In this document: positions 30,401 to 38,884 of the stretch, piece after piece
Position numbering within the stretch: position 1 is the first letter of the stretch
Layout of the letters: the number at the start of each line of letters is the position of its first letter
Source: a virus
Taxonomy: Duplodnaviria > Caudoviricetes
Length of the DNA stretch: 64,000 nt
Direction: 5' to 3' (one strand)
IMG/VR virus record: IMGVR_UViG_3300025012_000029
Coordinates: 96,001-160,000 of that record
Position numbers and translations under genes: made by a program
Notes under the pieces: generated by a model
Told to the model about the DNA's origin: nothing
Database searches by the model: none
The model's input: only the letters and a program-made list of their open reading frames with translations

Positions 30401-33366
30401 TTAGAGTCTTTCTGTATGTTTTGTAAATTTTCTTTTAAACCTTTCGCAGCAAAATTTGTTGTGAACTGTATATCTTCAAATACAACAACAGGATCTCCAT
30501 CTTCATCTGGATCTTCTACAGAAACTCCTTGAGAAATTAAACGACGAAATTCTGGATTCTCTAAATCATCCACCTCTCTTCCATCTGGAAGTTTAACGCT
30601 TATTCTTCTTGAAACCTCTCTTGGTATTTGAACAGTCGTTATTTCTTTGAGCGCATTAACAAAGTTAGAAATTTCATTATTGAAAGACATATGAACTCCA
30701 TCATATATGACATCAATAGTTTTATCTAACATGTAAGAAAACGATGGATGATCTCTTTGAACCATCCCCTGTTCTTTACCGTCAGGACTTTTTTTACAAA
30801 AAACTGGTGGGAGCGCATCTTTTAAAGGATTACCTTTTAAGAGATTGTCTAAAAGATTATCAAACATATCTGCTTTACGTTTTTGTGCTGCAGCAACTTG
30901 TTTATCGATTTCTTCTTTTGTTAATCCTTTGTCGGCAAGTAATCTTCTATAATTTGAGTCTTCTGGAAGTTCGCATATTTCTCCGCTTCTCAATATCTCA
31001 GGACGTGACTGTTGAGCAATTTGCTCCAGCAAAGGACGTTTATCTAATACATCTCCAAGAGATTTAAAAAAATCGTCAATCTTCGCTGAAGAATTAAATG
31101 ACGATTTAAGTCCTTGATATTTCGTATCTATGAGACAATTTGCGAGAGCAACAACCTCTATGTCAGCATTACCGTTGAGCAAATTTGCCAGCTCTGACGG
31201 GGAAATAAGCGCAGTAATGTCTCCAACCAAACCTACAAGAGCATTGGTCGCAGCTTCCGTGCCTAAGGCACCCGCGCGAAGTGCTAACGTTCCCATTAAA
31301 TTAGATTGAAGAGAAGAGAATGATTCTGTATCTAATCCAACATCAAACGTCTTTGCCAATAAGTCTGCCATATTCAACGAACCAAAATTTGGAGTTCTGA
31401 AACTATTTTCGCAATTTAAAATTTGTTCTATCATTGCTTTGATGAGTTCTATTAAAGCAACTAAAATAGCATCTGTAATAGCAATTTCAATCGAAATGCT
31501 TATGCTAGCTATGATATCAATCGTTGGAAAGAAATTTGGAAGCTTAATAGTCGGTATTTCACATTTTTTGATAATATCACTCAATTCCATATTGAGAGCC
31601 GAACAGACATCATCTGGAATGGCATTGACAATGGCTCTTCTTGCTGCTGGGTCATCGCAGATTGCTTCAAGAAACTCTCTTCCTCTGTCACCAAGAGCAT
31701 TAATTATTACATCTAAACTAACTGTCGATAAATCACTAACAGTCGTAATTGGGAGACCAATCGCGAATTGAATTCTGCCTAAAAGAAAATTTCTATCATC
31801 TATATCAAGTCGGCTTAAACAACCAATTATTCTATTTCGAACAACCATTTCTAATTCAGGAATATTAACCAGTCTCATGATAAGACTTCCTGAAAAGAAT
31901 TCTAAAAAATCATCGCATGTGGCACTTATGAGCCAAGCTTTACTAATTCGACACGCTCTATCAGGAATCTTTAGACAATCTATCGCAACTTGAAGAATAC
32001 GACATATATTTATTCTATGAAAAAATTCTTCAAAAACATCATCTAGGTCTTTAAGATTATCCAAAACGTTTTTTATGTTTGGAGTCGAAAATGAAACATC
32101 TCCAACAAAATCTGTCCTCGTTGAAACAAAATTATTATCAGAAGAAGAATATTGATCGACAAATTTAAATGAATTCAAAACAGAATCTTCTTGCTGTTTT
32201 TGCTCTTCTGTTTTGTATGGACGGCTGTTGGATGTCTCAATAAAATTTGCTAAATCTTTCGGTTTAACCGATTTACCTTGACTCGCTTTTTGTAAAGCAA
32301 AATCAAATAAATCTTTATCAAAAGACATTCCAGCCTGTCCGCCATCATGTTGAAAATCTCTCAAGAAATCAGTTATTGGAAATTGTGGACGACCAAAACC
32401 TTGAAGTTTACCCATTTCAGATAACAATCTAATTGTTCTATCATTAGAGACAGATTTAGATTTGATGAAAGAACTATAGCCAGCTTCCAATCTCATGAAT
32501 TCTTCACCGTCATCAAAAAGAACATACAAAACTTTAAAGTTGTCATCTATTCCAATAATAATCAAATCTTCTCTATCATCACGAAGATTCAAACCATTGG
32601 CAGCCAATAAATTTTCTAAAACAAAAATAAATTCTTCAAGTCGATCAGCTTCTTTATCCAAAACAATTCCATGTATTACATTGCCAGAAGCTTCTGCTTC
32701 TTTTTGATAGTTACGAATTGTAATCGCAGTATTTTTAATCCTTTCTTTAGCTTCAGAAGAAATTAATTTAATTTCTTTGGTAGCGATTGGCAATGATTCA
32801 TTTGAAGTAATATCCGGAGCAATCTTAATTGAGTCGAATAATGTAGCTGGAACAGTTGTGAGAACGCGAACTCCAAACAAAGGAATTGTTTCACCATTAA
32901 CGCCACAATTAGGACTTGGACGAGGTGGAATAAAATAATCTGGAGTCTCCGTGGCTAATATGAGTTGTGAAATTATTTCATCAGAAATTTCTTTATTGTA
33001 AACTTCTAGTAAAGAATTAACTGCTATTTCTTTTGCCAAATCATAAACTGTTTGAGGTTGAGATCCTAAAGTTTCAAATCTAGTGTGAACCGTACAATAA
33101 TATTTGTCATCCTTTGGATTATAAAATGGGCTAAATTGATCAAGACTTGTCCAATCAGGAGTAATAATCATTGCAGAACTAAATTTAGAAGTTCTACGTA
33201 GAGATTTTCTATTTACTGCTGATGAAATCTTACAATGGTGCTTTTTACCATCATCTTTAAATATCGCATCAGTAATTGCTTTTTCAGCAACGTCACCCAA
33301 CTCTATTTTTGAAGCACTACGCAATCCAGCATTAATGTCTTTATTTATATCTTTAAAGTTTGCCAT
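27469..33366 (-). CDS. Very large hypothetical virion protein
   Basis: 1965 aa, appears largely helical; lies between the gp5-like and gp25-like genes. Confidence 0.45.
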   Translation of the reverse strand: MANFKDINKDINAGLRSASKIELGDVAEKAITDAIFKDDGKKHHCKISSAVNRKSLRRTSKFSSAMIITPDWTSLDQFSPFYNPKDDKYYCTVHTRFETLGSQPQTVYDLAKEIAVNSLLEVYNKEISDEIISQLILATETPDYFIPPRPSPNCGVNGETIPLFGVRVLTTVPATLFDSIKIAPDITSNESLPIATKEIKLISSEAKERIKNTAITIRNYQKEAEASGNVIHGIVLDKEADRLEEFIFVLENLLAANGLNLRDDREDLIIIGIDDNFKVLYVLFDDGEEFMRLEAGYSSFIKSKSVSNDRTIRLLSEMGKLQGFGRPQFPITDFLRDFQHDGGQAGMSFDKDLFDFALQKASQGKSVKPKDLANFIETSNSRPYKTEEQKQQEDSVLNSFKFVDQYSSSDNNFVSTRTDFVGDVSFSTPNIKNVLDNLKDLDDVFEEFFHRINICRILQVAIDCLKIPDRACRISKAWLISATCDDFLEFFSGSLIMRLVNIPELEMVVRNRIIGCLSRLDIDDRNFLLGRIQFAIGLPITTVSDLSTVSLDVIINALGDRGREFLEAICDDPAARRAIVNAIPDDVCSALNMELSDIIKKCEIPTIKLPNFFPTIDIIASISISIEIAITDAILVALIELIKAMIEQILNCENSFRTPNFGSLNMADLLAKTFDVGLDTESFSSLQSNLMGTLALRAGALGTEAATNALVGLVGDITALISPSELANLLNGNADIEVVALANCLIDTKYQGLKSSFNSSAKIDDFFKSLGDVLDKRPLLEQIAQQSRPEILRSGEICELPEDSNYRRLLADKGLTKEEIDKQVAAAQKRKADMFDNLLDNLLKGNPLKDALPPVFCKKSPDGKEQGMVQRDHPSFSYMLDKTIDVIYDGVHMSFNNEISNFVNALKEITTVQIPREVSRRISVKLPDGREVDDLENPEFRRLISQGVSVEDPDEDGDPVVVFEDIQFTTNFAAKGLKENLQNIQKDSNLFNVDTNGVVSLVIPNQVDSKALLSNVSDPNFNASNIQDETIRAAIETIQQQAEQTQVSSYFINYLPGHVAREDVDQYSIKIDKRNANTHNIISDEPPIVGEDPIRQNILNFIQTRRLERDPSNTFGLTATPFPQAYFGSFLAKIWKEGAPIYRNGTYIVPPTYARGISSPSNTVSIDTILRDKFKTSVHQNLFIDTFAAFSNQVAKSPLFNLKVLSLVDFTPDPIPGQCHPHLLDLEKIKKKMKKAITDSACEEDLFPIVDGLGKSTPNSMEREGIDGAIRTFIRLIVIENILRSIFVFSEFRIDTFGDVDNSIIKFISDRVLRELKNVGQITGDTNFQNEFTEQTLLSYNSFEKQKTNDFSIAAEFFIKTEIEDVVKDLFALVKKRDGSNQLDLDEILAKHYIPLFDAPTSFVASPTFAEDSPILKARFATTERKTFSGEGRSFQFLEEVKVEGEEKVRKQIDIATNINQGRSFIGSGTKFNFGNGNFVLERYIRVSYKNEEDRLIRRIASRQQNEINIIRAQRSAYGKWGSWEGKQLKHLREGNIAVDQTLSDASIILSAQRQSELETEIRSKEFGVLSFEDFNNLLKEVIEPEIIVNQQPDYDSVGSQTIDFVAGLNSIFESWNYGLRLTYVPPLNREQEFENKTEETGITQTFSSVIGNNNNPIKVKNEFDINKSFSITEQVMEIETIFSLTPDGKRVPGKPKPTPKSRQIHQFPIICIESSENLRTLPNSINNINIERRWNNVSNRLLNDLIASEEYKFLFHYCLPIDRMFTLLSIYNITYLSNIEKVSKLFDGTKIAIKSVFQALLNSGNYRYEDQYVNRLGGNIGLNTSGLNNANTDPEVPGTNVAAMAIRTPFLILKGLVELIDPNISIARKIVDAAKTRNKDIPILAASLGLLPMNVFPPPPMGPGIGPPISPLGFIYLALNIDEIFNSAKGKDIKREAIGTEVGIDFKSFSGPTKCIDDGEENKE

Positions 33367-33367
33367 A

Positions 33368-34306
33368 TTAAGTTAAATTGTGATGCCTAGAATTAATATA
33401 TTTTTTTCCAGAAGGATATAAATATGTGTGCTTATAAAGAGCTAAATTTGCTTTATTCATTATCAGAGACATTTTTGTTTGGAACAAATGATCGATCATT
33501 GTTTTCATTCCTGCTGCCACAACAGGAGGTGAAGGACTTGTTGGAAGTCCAAAAAAGGGACTAAAATGAAAATGGTGCGTCAATGCTGTATTAAATGTCA
33601 TTTGATACATTAATAAGCTATCCACAATTCCATTCAACTTATCTACGTGCATCGTCAATGTCTTCAATGCTTCATTTATATTTCTTCCTTTAACCATTGG
33701 CTGAATATCAGAATCGTCATTTCCGGCAATCAAATCAATCCCCGAAGTTGAATCAACTGAGCCTCCTTGCGAATTATTGTCATCAGTTTTTGTAACAAGT
33801 TTTATTCCTTCTCTCGCCACAATTCTTATGCCATCAGCCTTTAATCCTATAGCTGATTTAGTAGAAGCAATGCCTACTCTGCCAGACACCAAACCAAAAT
33901 TTTTATCAATATCTGTTTTTTGACTTATGTATATTCTAGCGGCATCTTCTTTAAAAGAAGGATCAACCCAGACTCTTGCCTCTCCATCAAACTCTCTAGC
34001 TTTATATCCCATCCTACCAACGACAATATCAATTGAGCCAGCTTGCGTATCACCGCGTCCACCATATCCACTCAAACGACTGGCAGGTCTATCTCTCCCT
34101 AAAACAATGGAAGAATTGAATCCAGATTCAATATGTTTTTCTGTAGAAGTTTTAATTACTTGAGGTACTGATTCATATAATGGGTGTCCAGCAGCTCCTC
34201 GGGCAAACGCAACTTGTTCTTTGTTGACCTTCTTGAGTCCATCTTGAACAATCTGATTTCCACCTTCATCGGAAAAAGCTTTTTTATTAGTAGCCATATT
34301 ACGCAA
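33368..34306 (-). CDS. gp5-like baseplate central spike (C-terminal beta-helix portion)
   Basis: RIYISQKTDID and IGLKADGIRIVAREGIKLV beta-repeats; THHFH motif resembles the metal-binding spike tip. Confidence 0.6.
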   Translation of the reverse strand: MRNMATNKKAFSDEGGNQIVQDGLKKVNKEQVAFARGAAGHPLYESVPQVIKTSTEKHIESGFNSSIVLGRDRPASRLSGYGGRGDTQAGSIDIVVGRMGYKAREFDGEARVWVDPSFKEDAARIYISQKTDIDKNFGLVSGRVGIASTKSAIGLKADGIRIVAREGIKLVTKTDDNNSQGGSVDSTSGIDLIAGNDDSDIQPMVKGRNINEALKTLTMHVDKLNGIVDSLLMYQMTFNTALTHHFHFSPFFGLPTSPSPPVVAAGMKTMIDHLFQTKMSLIMNKANLALYKHTYLYPSGKKYINSRHHNLT

Positions 34307-35528
34307 ATGACCTTAATTTTTCTGACAAAGGCAATTTTCCTTCAGCAACAATAATAGGGTGATTTATACCCAAAAACTCAAAATGCCAGAATTCTTTTTG
34401 TCCTTTAAAAAATCTCCCAGCATTATAAAAACCAAATTTATGAGCATTTGTTGCCATCCATCCATAAGCTTTAGAGTGAGGGTTGCCAACAGCAAAATCA
34501 AAAGCAATACCAGTTTGATGGTTTGAATGTCCTGGCCTAGCAGCAAGATTAAATCCAGGCTTACCTTTCTTAAATCCATCATATAGATATTGTTGTTGAG
34601 TTTGTGTTCTAAATCCACTATTCAATTGTATTGAAATACCATCTCTCTTGGCAGCATTAATCAGGTCATAAAAAGGCTTTTCCTGACTTTTGGTAATATA
34701 AACTCCTGCTTTGGTAGCAATTGGAACAGGAATTTCTATCAAATCAACATTATCTCCTGGAGATCCTGATTTAAATGCTATTTCTGGAGGGTTAATCGGG
34801 GGCAATCCCGTTGGTACGTCAACGTGATCTTTTTGTGGTGTAAAGCTTCCTACAGTCATTGGCGGTTGAGTTGATCTAGTTGTTTGAAAAGGCAATGGTT
34901 TTGGTATTTGATTTAACTCATTTCCAAGTCCAGTTATTGGGTTATCTCCAGATGGAGGCAAAACTGAAAATGGTGATTTTCCTTCGCTCGCAAATTTATC
35001 TCTTCCAGTTTCTCTTCCTACGGCACCACCTTGAGCCATCTTATAAGCAATCCCATAATATACTGGATCAGACATATTGTTTCTATTTCCAAAATCAACC
35101 CAAACAATATCTCCTGGTGCCGGAACTTCATTACTTATTTCATCATTGGCAGCTATAAATGTTGGATACATATCGATAATAAAATTTTCACTGCCTTGAA
35201 CTGGTCCATATTTTGTAGGTTCAAGTAAAGCAGCGTGAAGTTCTGGTATACGAACTTTAACGCCAATTTTAGATTTGGCAAGAGGATTTAGTTTATAAAT
35301 CCACGAAGTAATTGGATTATTGGTTGGATTAGAGTCGACTCTCAAAACAACTCCTTTGAGTCGTCCTGTATTGGCAAAAGCATTCTTTTTATAAGAATCT
35401 GAAAGATTTTGGCGAAGCGCTGCAAATCCGGACGTATTTTTAGGATCAAGAGTCTTTCCAAACTCCTGCTCTTCAATATTGTTTAAACTACCATATCCTA
35501 AATCAAATCTTCCATCATTAGCAGCCAT
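34299..35528 (-). CDS. gp5-like OB-fold fused to an M15B (VanY-type) peptidase; putative tail-associated lysin
   Basis: N-terminal VKVRIPELH...PAPGDIVWVDF (gp5 OB-fold-like); C-terminal SGFRT..QQYLY, ARPGHSNHQTGIAFD and EFWHFEF. Confidence 0.8.
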   Translation of the reverse strand: MAANDGRFDLGYGSLNNIEEQEFGKTLDPKNTSGFAALRQNLSDSYKKNAFANTGRLKGVVLRVDSNPTNNPITSWIYKLNPLAKSKIGVKVRIPELHAALLEPTKYGPVQGSENFIIDMYPTFIAANDEISNEVPAPGDIVWVDFGNRNNMSDPVYYGIAYKMAQGGAVGRETGRDKFASEGKSPFSVLPPSGDNPITGLGNELNQIPKPLPFQTTRSTQPPMTVGSFTPQKDHVDVPTGLPPINPPEIAFKSGSPGDNVDLIEIPVPIATKAGVYITKSQEKPFYDLINAAKRDGISIQLNSGFRTQTQQQYLYDGFKKGKPGFNLAARPGHSNHQTGIAFDFAVGNPHSKAYGWMATNAHKFGFYNAGRFFKGQKEFWHFEFLGINHPIIVAEGKLPLSEKLRSFA

Positions 35529-35839
35529 TATCTAGCCTTCTTTTTAGCTTCTCTAATTGGATTATTCAATGCTTCAAATATTTTATCTCTATCGTTATCT
35601 GATAAATCAAGTTCTTCACCGCCCGTCTTCTTAATTAAGCTTGTTAATTTAACTAATTGTTCATTAGATCTTTGAAGAGTTTCAACATATTTGGCCAAAG
35701 TAAATCCAACTTCTTTATGTCTGTCACCATTATTTGCTATATAAGCAATCAAATCATTTAAAAGTTCGCTTGTTTTTTCCCTATCTTTGCGGATATTATC
35801 TATAGACTCATCCATTAAAGTATCAAAATCTTTTCTCAT
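35528..35839 (-). CDS. Conserved hypothetical coiled-coil protein
   Basis: 103 aa; coupled to the downstream lysin gene. Confidence 0.55.
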   Translation of the reverse strand: MRKDFDTLMDESIDNIRKDREKTSELLNDLIAYIANNGDRHKEVGFTLAKYVETLQRSNEQLVKLTSLIKKTGGEELDLSDNDRDKIFEALNNPIREAKKKAR

Positions 35840-35914
35840 TTTAATTGCTCTTTAACTAAATACTCCAATTTCATTTTTTCTTACTATTTTGAGAACTCAA
35901 AATCCTGTCAGCTA

Positions 35915-36607
35915 TTATTCATCTTCGTTGTTCCATCTTCTAACAAAATCTTTGTAAAGAACGCGAAACTTATTAAGACTGTTGAGAATTTGCTTAGTGT
36001 TGAGATTTGTGATCTCTCGCACAAAAAGATACACAGCTTTTTTATTGAATATGTCAATTGATTCTGAATTTGCTAATAAAATTCTAATTGACTTGAGAAC
36101 TTTTTCTTCATTTGGTTTAAGCTCTATTTTTTCCCATTGATCTAATTCATTCCACAGAGCTTTTATGAATTCTTCTCTAACTTTATTATTAACATAATCG
36201 TTGTTGACGGAAAGATACTCTGTTTCGACGGATTTAGATATTTCCTCGTATTGAGTTTCTTTTTTTGTTTGTGCAGAAAACTTCTTAGCTGCATGTGAAA
36301 ACCAATTCTTTGTAATAACACTAAAATATGAAAATGCTTTAGAGCCCTTTTCTTTGTCAAATTTGCTTAAAACAGCAACAAGATGGCTTTCACATTCCTT
36401 AATTAACCCATCAATGTTAGGAAGAGAAGTAAATTTATATCGATAAACAATCTTTTTAATCATCTCCTCTAAAGCTGGTTGAATTATATGTTGATATAAT
36501 TCATTCCGATACTTGGAATTCTGTGAGCTGACATAATCAATAATTGCCTTCTCGTGAACCTTTGTAAAATATATTTTAGATTTAATCTTCGTTTTCTTTT
36601 TCGGCAT
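35915..36607 (-). CDS. Phage sigma factor (T4 gp55-like late sigma)
   Basis: IIQPALEEMIKKI...KFDKEKGSKAFSYFSVITKNWF matches sigma region 2 as seen in gp55-like proteins; likely start is MPKKK at 36607. Confidence 0.7.
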   Translation of the reverse strand: MPKKKTKIKSKIYFTKVHEKAIIDYVSSQNSKYRNELYQHIIQPALEEMIKKIVYRYKFTSLPNIDGLIKECESHLVAVLSKFDKEKGSKAFSYFSVITKNWFSHAAKKFSAQTKKETQYEEISKSVETEYLSVNNDYVNNKVREEFIKALWNELDQWEKIELKPNEEKVLKSIRILLANSESIDIFNKKAVYLFVREITNLNTKQILNSLNKFRVLYKDFVRRWNNEDE

Positions 36608-36929
36608 CAGGTTTTTCTTCTGAAAAAACAATATCTTCTAATTCTGTTTGTGTAAATGAATGAATCTCATTAAAAATGTTGAGATAATTCATCATAAATT
36701 TTGTATGCTCTATAACCTCTCGTAAGTTTTTATCTCCATAAAATAGTTGTAATTCATATATATCTTTCAAATGTGTCTTATAGGCATCAAGTCTGGAGAA
36801 TATTTCTGAAGCGGTTTCTGAGGCTATGAGTAATTGTTTTACAATTTTAGAAGCATATAAGATTAAAATAACATTGAGTCCTATTGAAAGAACTAAAAAA
36901 ATTGATAGTATTATCATTATGGATTCCAA
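36582..36929 (-). CDS. Small protein with an N-terminal transmembrane helix
   Basis: IMIILSIFLVLSIGLNVILILY is a hydrophobic stretch. Confidence 0.55.
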   Translation of the reverse strand: MESIMIILSIFLVLSIGLNVILILYASKIVKQLLIASETASEIFSRLDAYKTHLKDIYELQLFYGDKNLREVIEHTKFMMNYLNIFNEIHSFTQTELEDIVFSEEKPDAEKENED

Positions 36930-37180
36930 GTTCTCTTTTTAAGAGATTCTTTTTGCTCACTCATATCCTGTTTTGTTTCTTCACAAGCGCGTCCATAAGC
37001 TTCAAGATGCTCAAAGGTGCCCCACGTTTCTTTAGTCTTTACATTTACTTTACTAGGGACTTTCTTGAGAGTATTATTTCCGCAATCGCGACACTCAACA
37101 ATAGCATCGTCCATAGAATGAACCACTTCATATTCGCTCTCACATTCTGTGTTTGAACACTTGTAAGTATATGTTGGCAT
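36917..37180 (-). CDS. FmdB-family zinc-ribbon protein
   Basis: MPTYTYKC...C...YEVVHSMDD...CRDCG...LKK is the FmdB N-terminal signature. Confidence 0.8.
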   Translation of the reverse strand: MPTYTYKCSNTECESEYEVVHSMDDAIVECRDCGNNTLKKVPSKVNVKTKETWGTFEHLEAYGRACEETKQDMSEQKESLKKRTWNP

Positions 37181-37182
37181 TA

Positions 37183-37401
37183 TTATTCTGTCTCTACTTC
37201 AAGCATTGGAGGATTCAAAACTAAAAGTTTTCCATCCAAAGATTGTTCCATCTCTAATCCCAAAAGTAATTTTGTAATATCGCATTCTTCAGCAGGACGA
37301 TCAGAAGCAACGGACATAAGTCCTCTTTGAACACACATCATAATTGAACCAACCGCTTGTGGTGTAAATTGTAATTTTTTATTTTCCCATTTTTTCGTCA
37401 T
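37183..37401 (-). CDS. Hypothetical protein
   Basis: 72-aa ORF packed between neighbouring genes. Confidence 0.5.
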   Translation of the reverse strand: MTKKWENKKLQFTPQAVGSIMMCVQRGLMSVASDRPAEECDITKLLLGLEMEQSLDGKLLVLNPPMLEVETE

Positions 37402-37726
37402 TTAAATCTCCAAAATATTCCTTATCGTTCATAGCTTTATCATCAATCCAATGATCATAAAATGGCTTCCCGAGCTTCACTTCATGATACTTCGCTCCCC
37501 AGCTATCAAGTTGCTTCTTTGTGAAGTCAAAAAATCCTCGATATGCTTTTTCAACAACTTCACAATATCTACTCATACCTCGCGCGGTCCAATAAATTAT
37601 TATATGTCCTTCATCATAGAGTTTATTTATTTTTTCTATTCTGTTTTTGTAAGGAACAGCATTTTCGTAATCACCTTCTGTCCTAGAACAGATTGTTCCA
37701 TCAATGTCTACTATGTAAATTGCCAT
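37379..37726 (-). CDS. HAD-superfamily phosphatase (capsule-biosynthesis phosphatase type)
   Basis: IYIVDIDGTIC, YWTARG and GKPFYDHWIDDKA are HAD motifs I-IV. Confidence 0.8.
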   Translation of the reverse strand: MAIYIVDIDGTICSRTEGDYENAVPYKNRIEKINKLYDEGHIIIYWTARGMSRYCEVVEKAYRGFFDFTKKQLDSWGAKYHEVKLGKPFYDHWIDDKAMNDKEYFGDLNDEKMGK

Positions 37727-38135
37727 GCTCTAAAATCCTTGTTGTAGAATATCCAGGAATTCTATCAAAGTAAACAATTTCTTTACAATACTCTTCTCCA
37801 ACAATCTTCTTTCCTTCCCAATCAGACCCAACTATTCTAACATCTGGTTGAATAATTTTTAACATCTGAATTAATTCTTCTTCCGAATTAAAGCTTTTAA
37901 TCTGATCTATAAATTTTATTAATGACAAAGCATACATTCTGTCTTCAAGAGTGTTGAATGGTCGATTTATTCCTTTGTCTTTTTTAACTTTTTCATCCGT
38001 GTCAAGAGCTATGATGATTTTTGTCTTAGGATTACACAAAGAAGCAAATTCAATTAATTCAAAATGTCCGCGATGTAAAATATCAAAACAACCTGAAATA
38101 AACACAACAACTTCTTTACAATTTATATTAATCAT
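37701..38135 (-). CDS. Cytidylyltransferase-family nucleotidyltransferase (HldE/RfaE domain II-like)
   Basis: GCFDILHRGH, KGINRPFNTLEDR, IVGSDW and YSTTRIL. Confidence 0.85.
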   Translation of the reverse strand: MININCKEVVVFISGCFDILHRGHFELIEFASLCNPKTKIIIALDTDEKVKKDKGINRPFNTLEDRMYALSLIKFIDQIKSFNSEEELIQMLKIIQPDVRIVGSDWEGKKIVGEEYCKEIVYFDRIPGYSTTRILEHGNLHSRH

Positions 38136-38883
38136 CTAATTCTTCTTTATTTACAACTGATACGCCCCGATGTTGAGCAGCGTATGTTGCGCAATTATTG
38201 GCAAATTTTATTGCTTCCTCAATATTTTTTGTTTCAAGATATTTTACAACCAAACCACTTAAGAAGCTATCGCCGCAGCCAGCAACGTCTCTGGTTGTAA
38301 TTTTTGGAACTGGAAAAGTCATTCCTTTAAACATTGCTCCATCTGGACCAAGAGTTATAATAGTCTTGTTTATAATATCTTTGCTAAGATTACCTTTCGC
38401 GCGCTTAAACTCGTTCTCATTTACTTTTATAAAAGATAAATTTCTAACCCAAGCGCTCAAAGGTTTTTTTGTATCAATAAAAGTTAGTTTGTGAGAAGCA
38501 GCAATATATTTTATCTCCGATTCTGTTAAAAATCCCTTATTATAATCTGAAATAACAATCGCTTCATATTTAGAAAAATCTATTGAACGTAAATCAGAAC
38601 GACCATAGCTTTTATCATTTTCATCTATTCGAACAAACATATGATTGCTCTTATGTTCGACATAACGAGTTTTTGTAATTTCACGCCAATTTGTATTAGT
38701 ATACAGGTGAGCATCGGCGCCCAAAGCAAGCAGATTGTTTAGAACGTTTGAAGCCATGCCAGAATTTTCATTACGAGAAACTGGAACCAATATTGGTACT
38801 GGGCTTTCTGGACTTAAACGTGTACAGTCGCACCCAATAAAAACATCTAAATTTGATTCACCTATAACTAATATTTTAGACAT
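38128..38883 (-). CDS. PfkB-family sugar kinase (HldE/RfaE domain I-like)
   Basis: RLSPESPVP, GMASNVLNNL, ISDYNKG, KVNENE, ITLGPDGA and DVAGCGDSF; start taken at ATG 38883. Confidence 0.85.
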   Translation of the reverse strand: MSKILVIGESNLDVFIGCDCTRLSPESPVPILVPVSRNENSGMASNVLNNLLALGADAHLYTNTNWREITKTRYVEHKSNHMFVRIDENDKSYGRSDLRSIDFSKYEAIVISDYNKGFLTESEIKYIAASHKLTFIDTKKPLSAWVRNLSFIKVNENEFKRAKGNLSKDIINKTIITLGPDGAMFKGMTFPVPKITTRDVAGCGDSFLSGLVVKYLETKNIEEAIKFANNCATYAAQHRGVSVVNKEELDD

Positions 38884-38884
38884 A

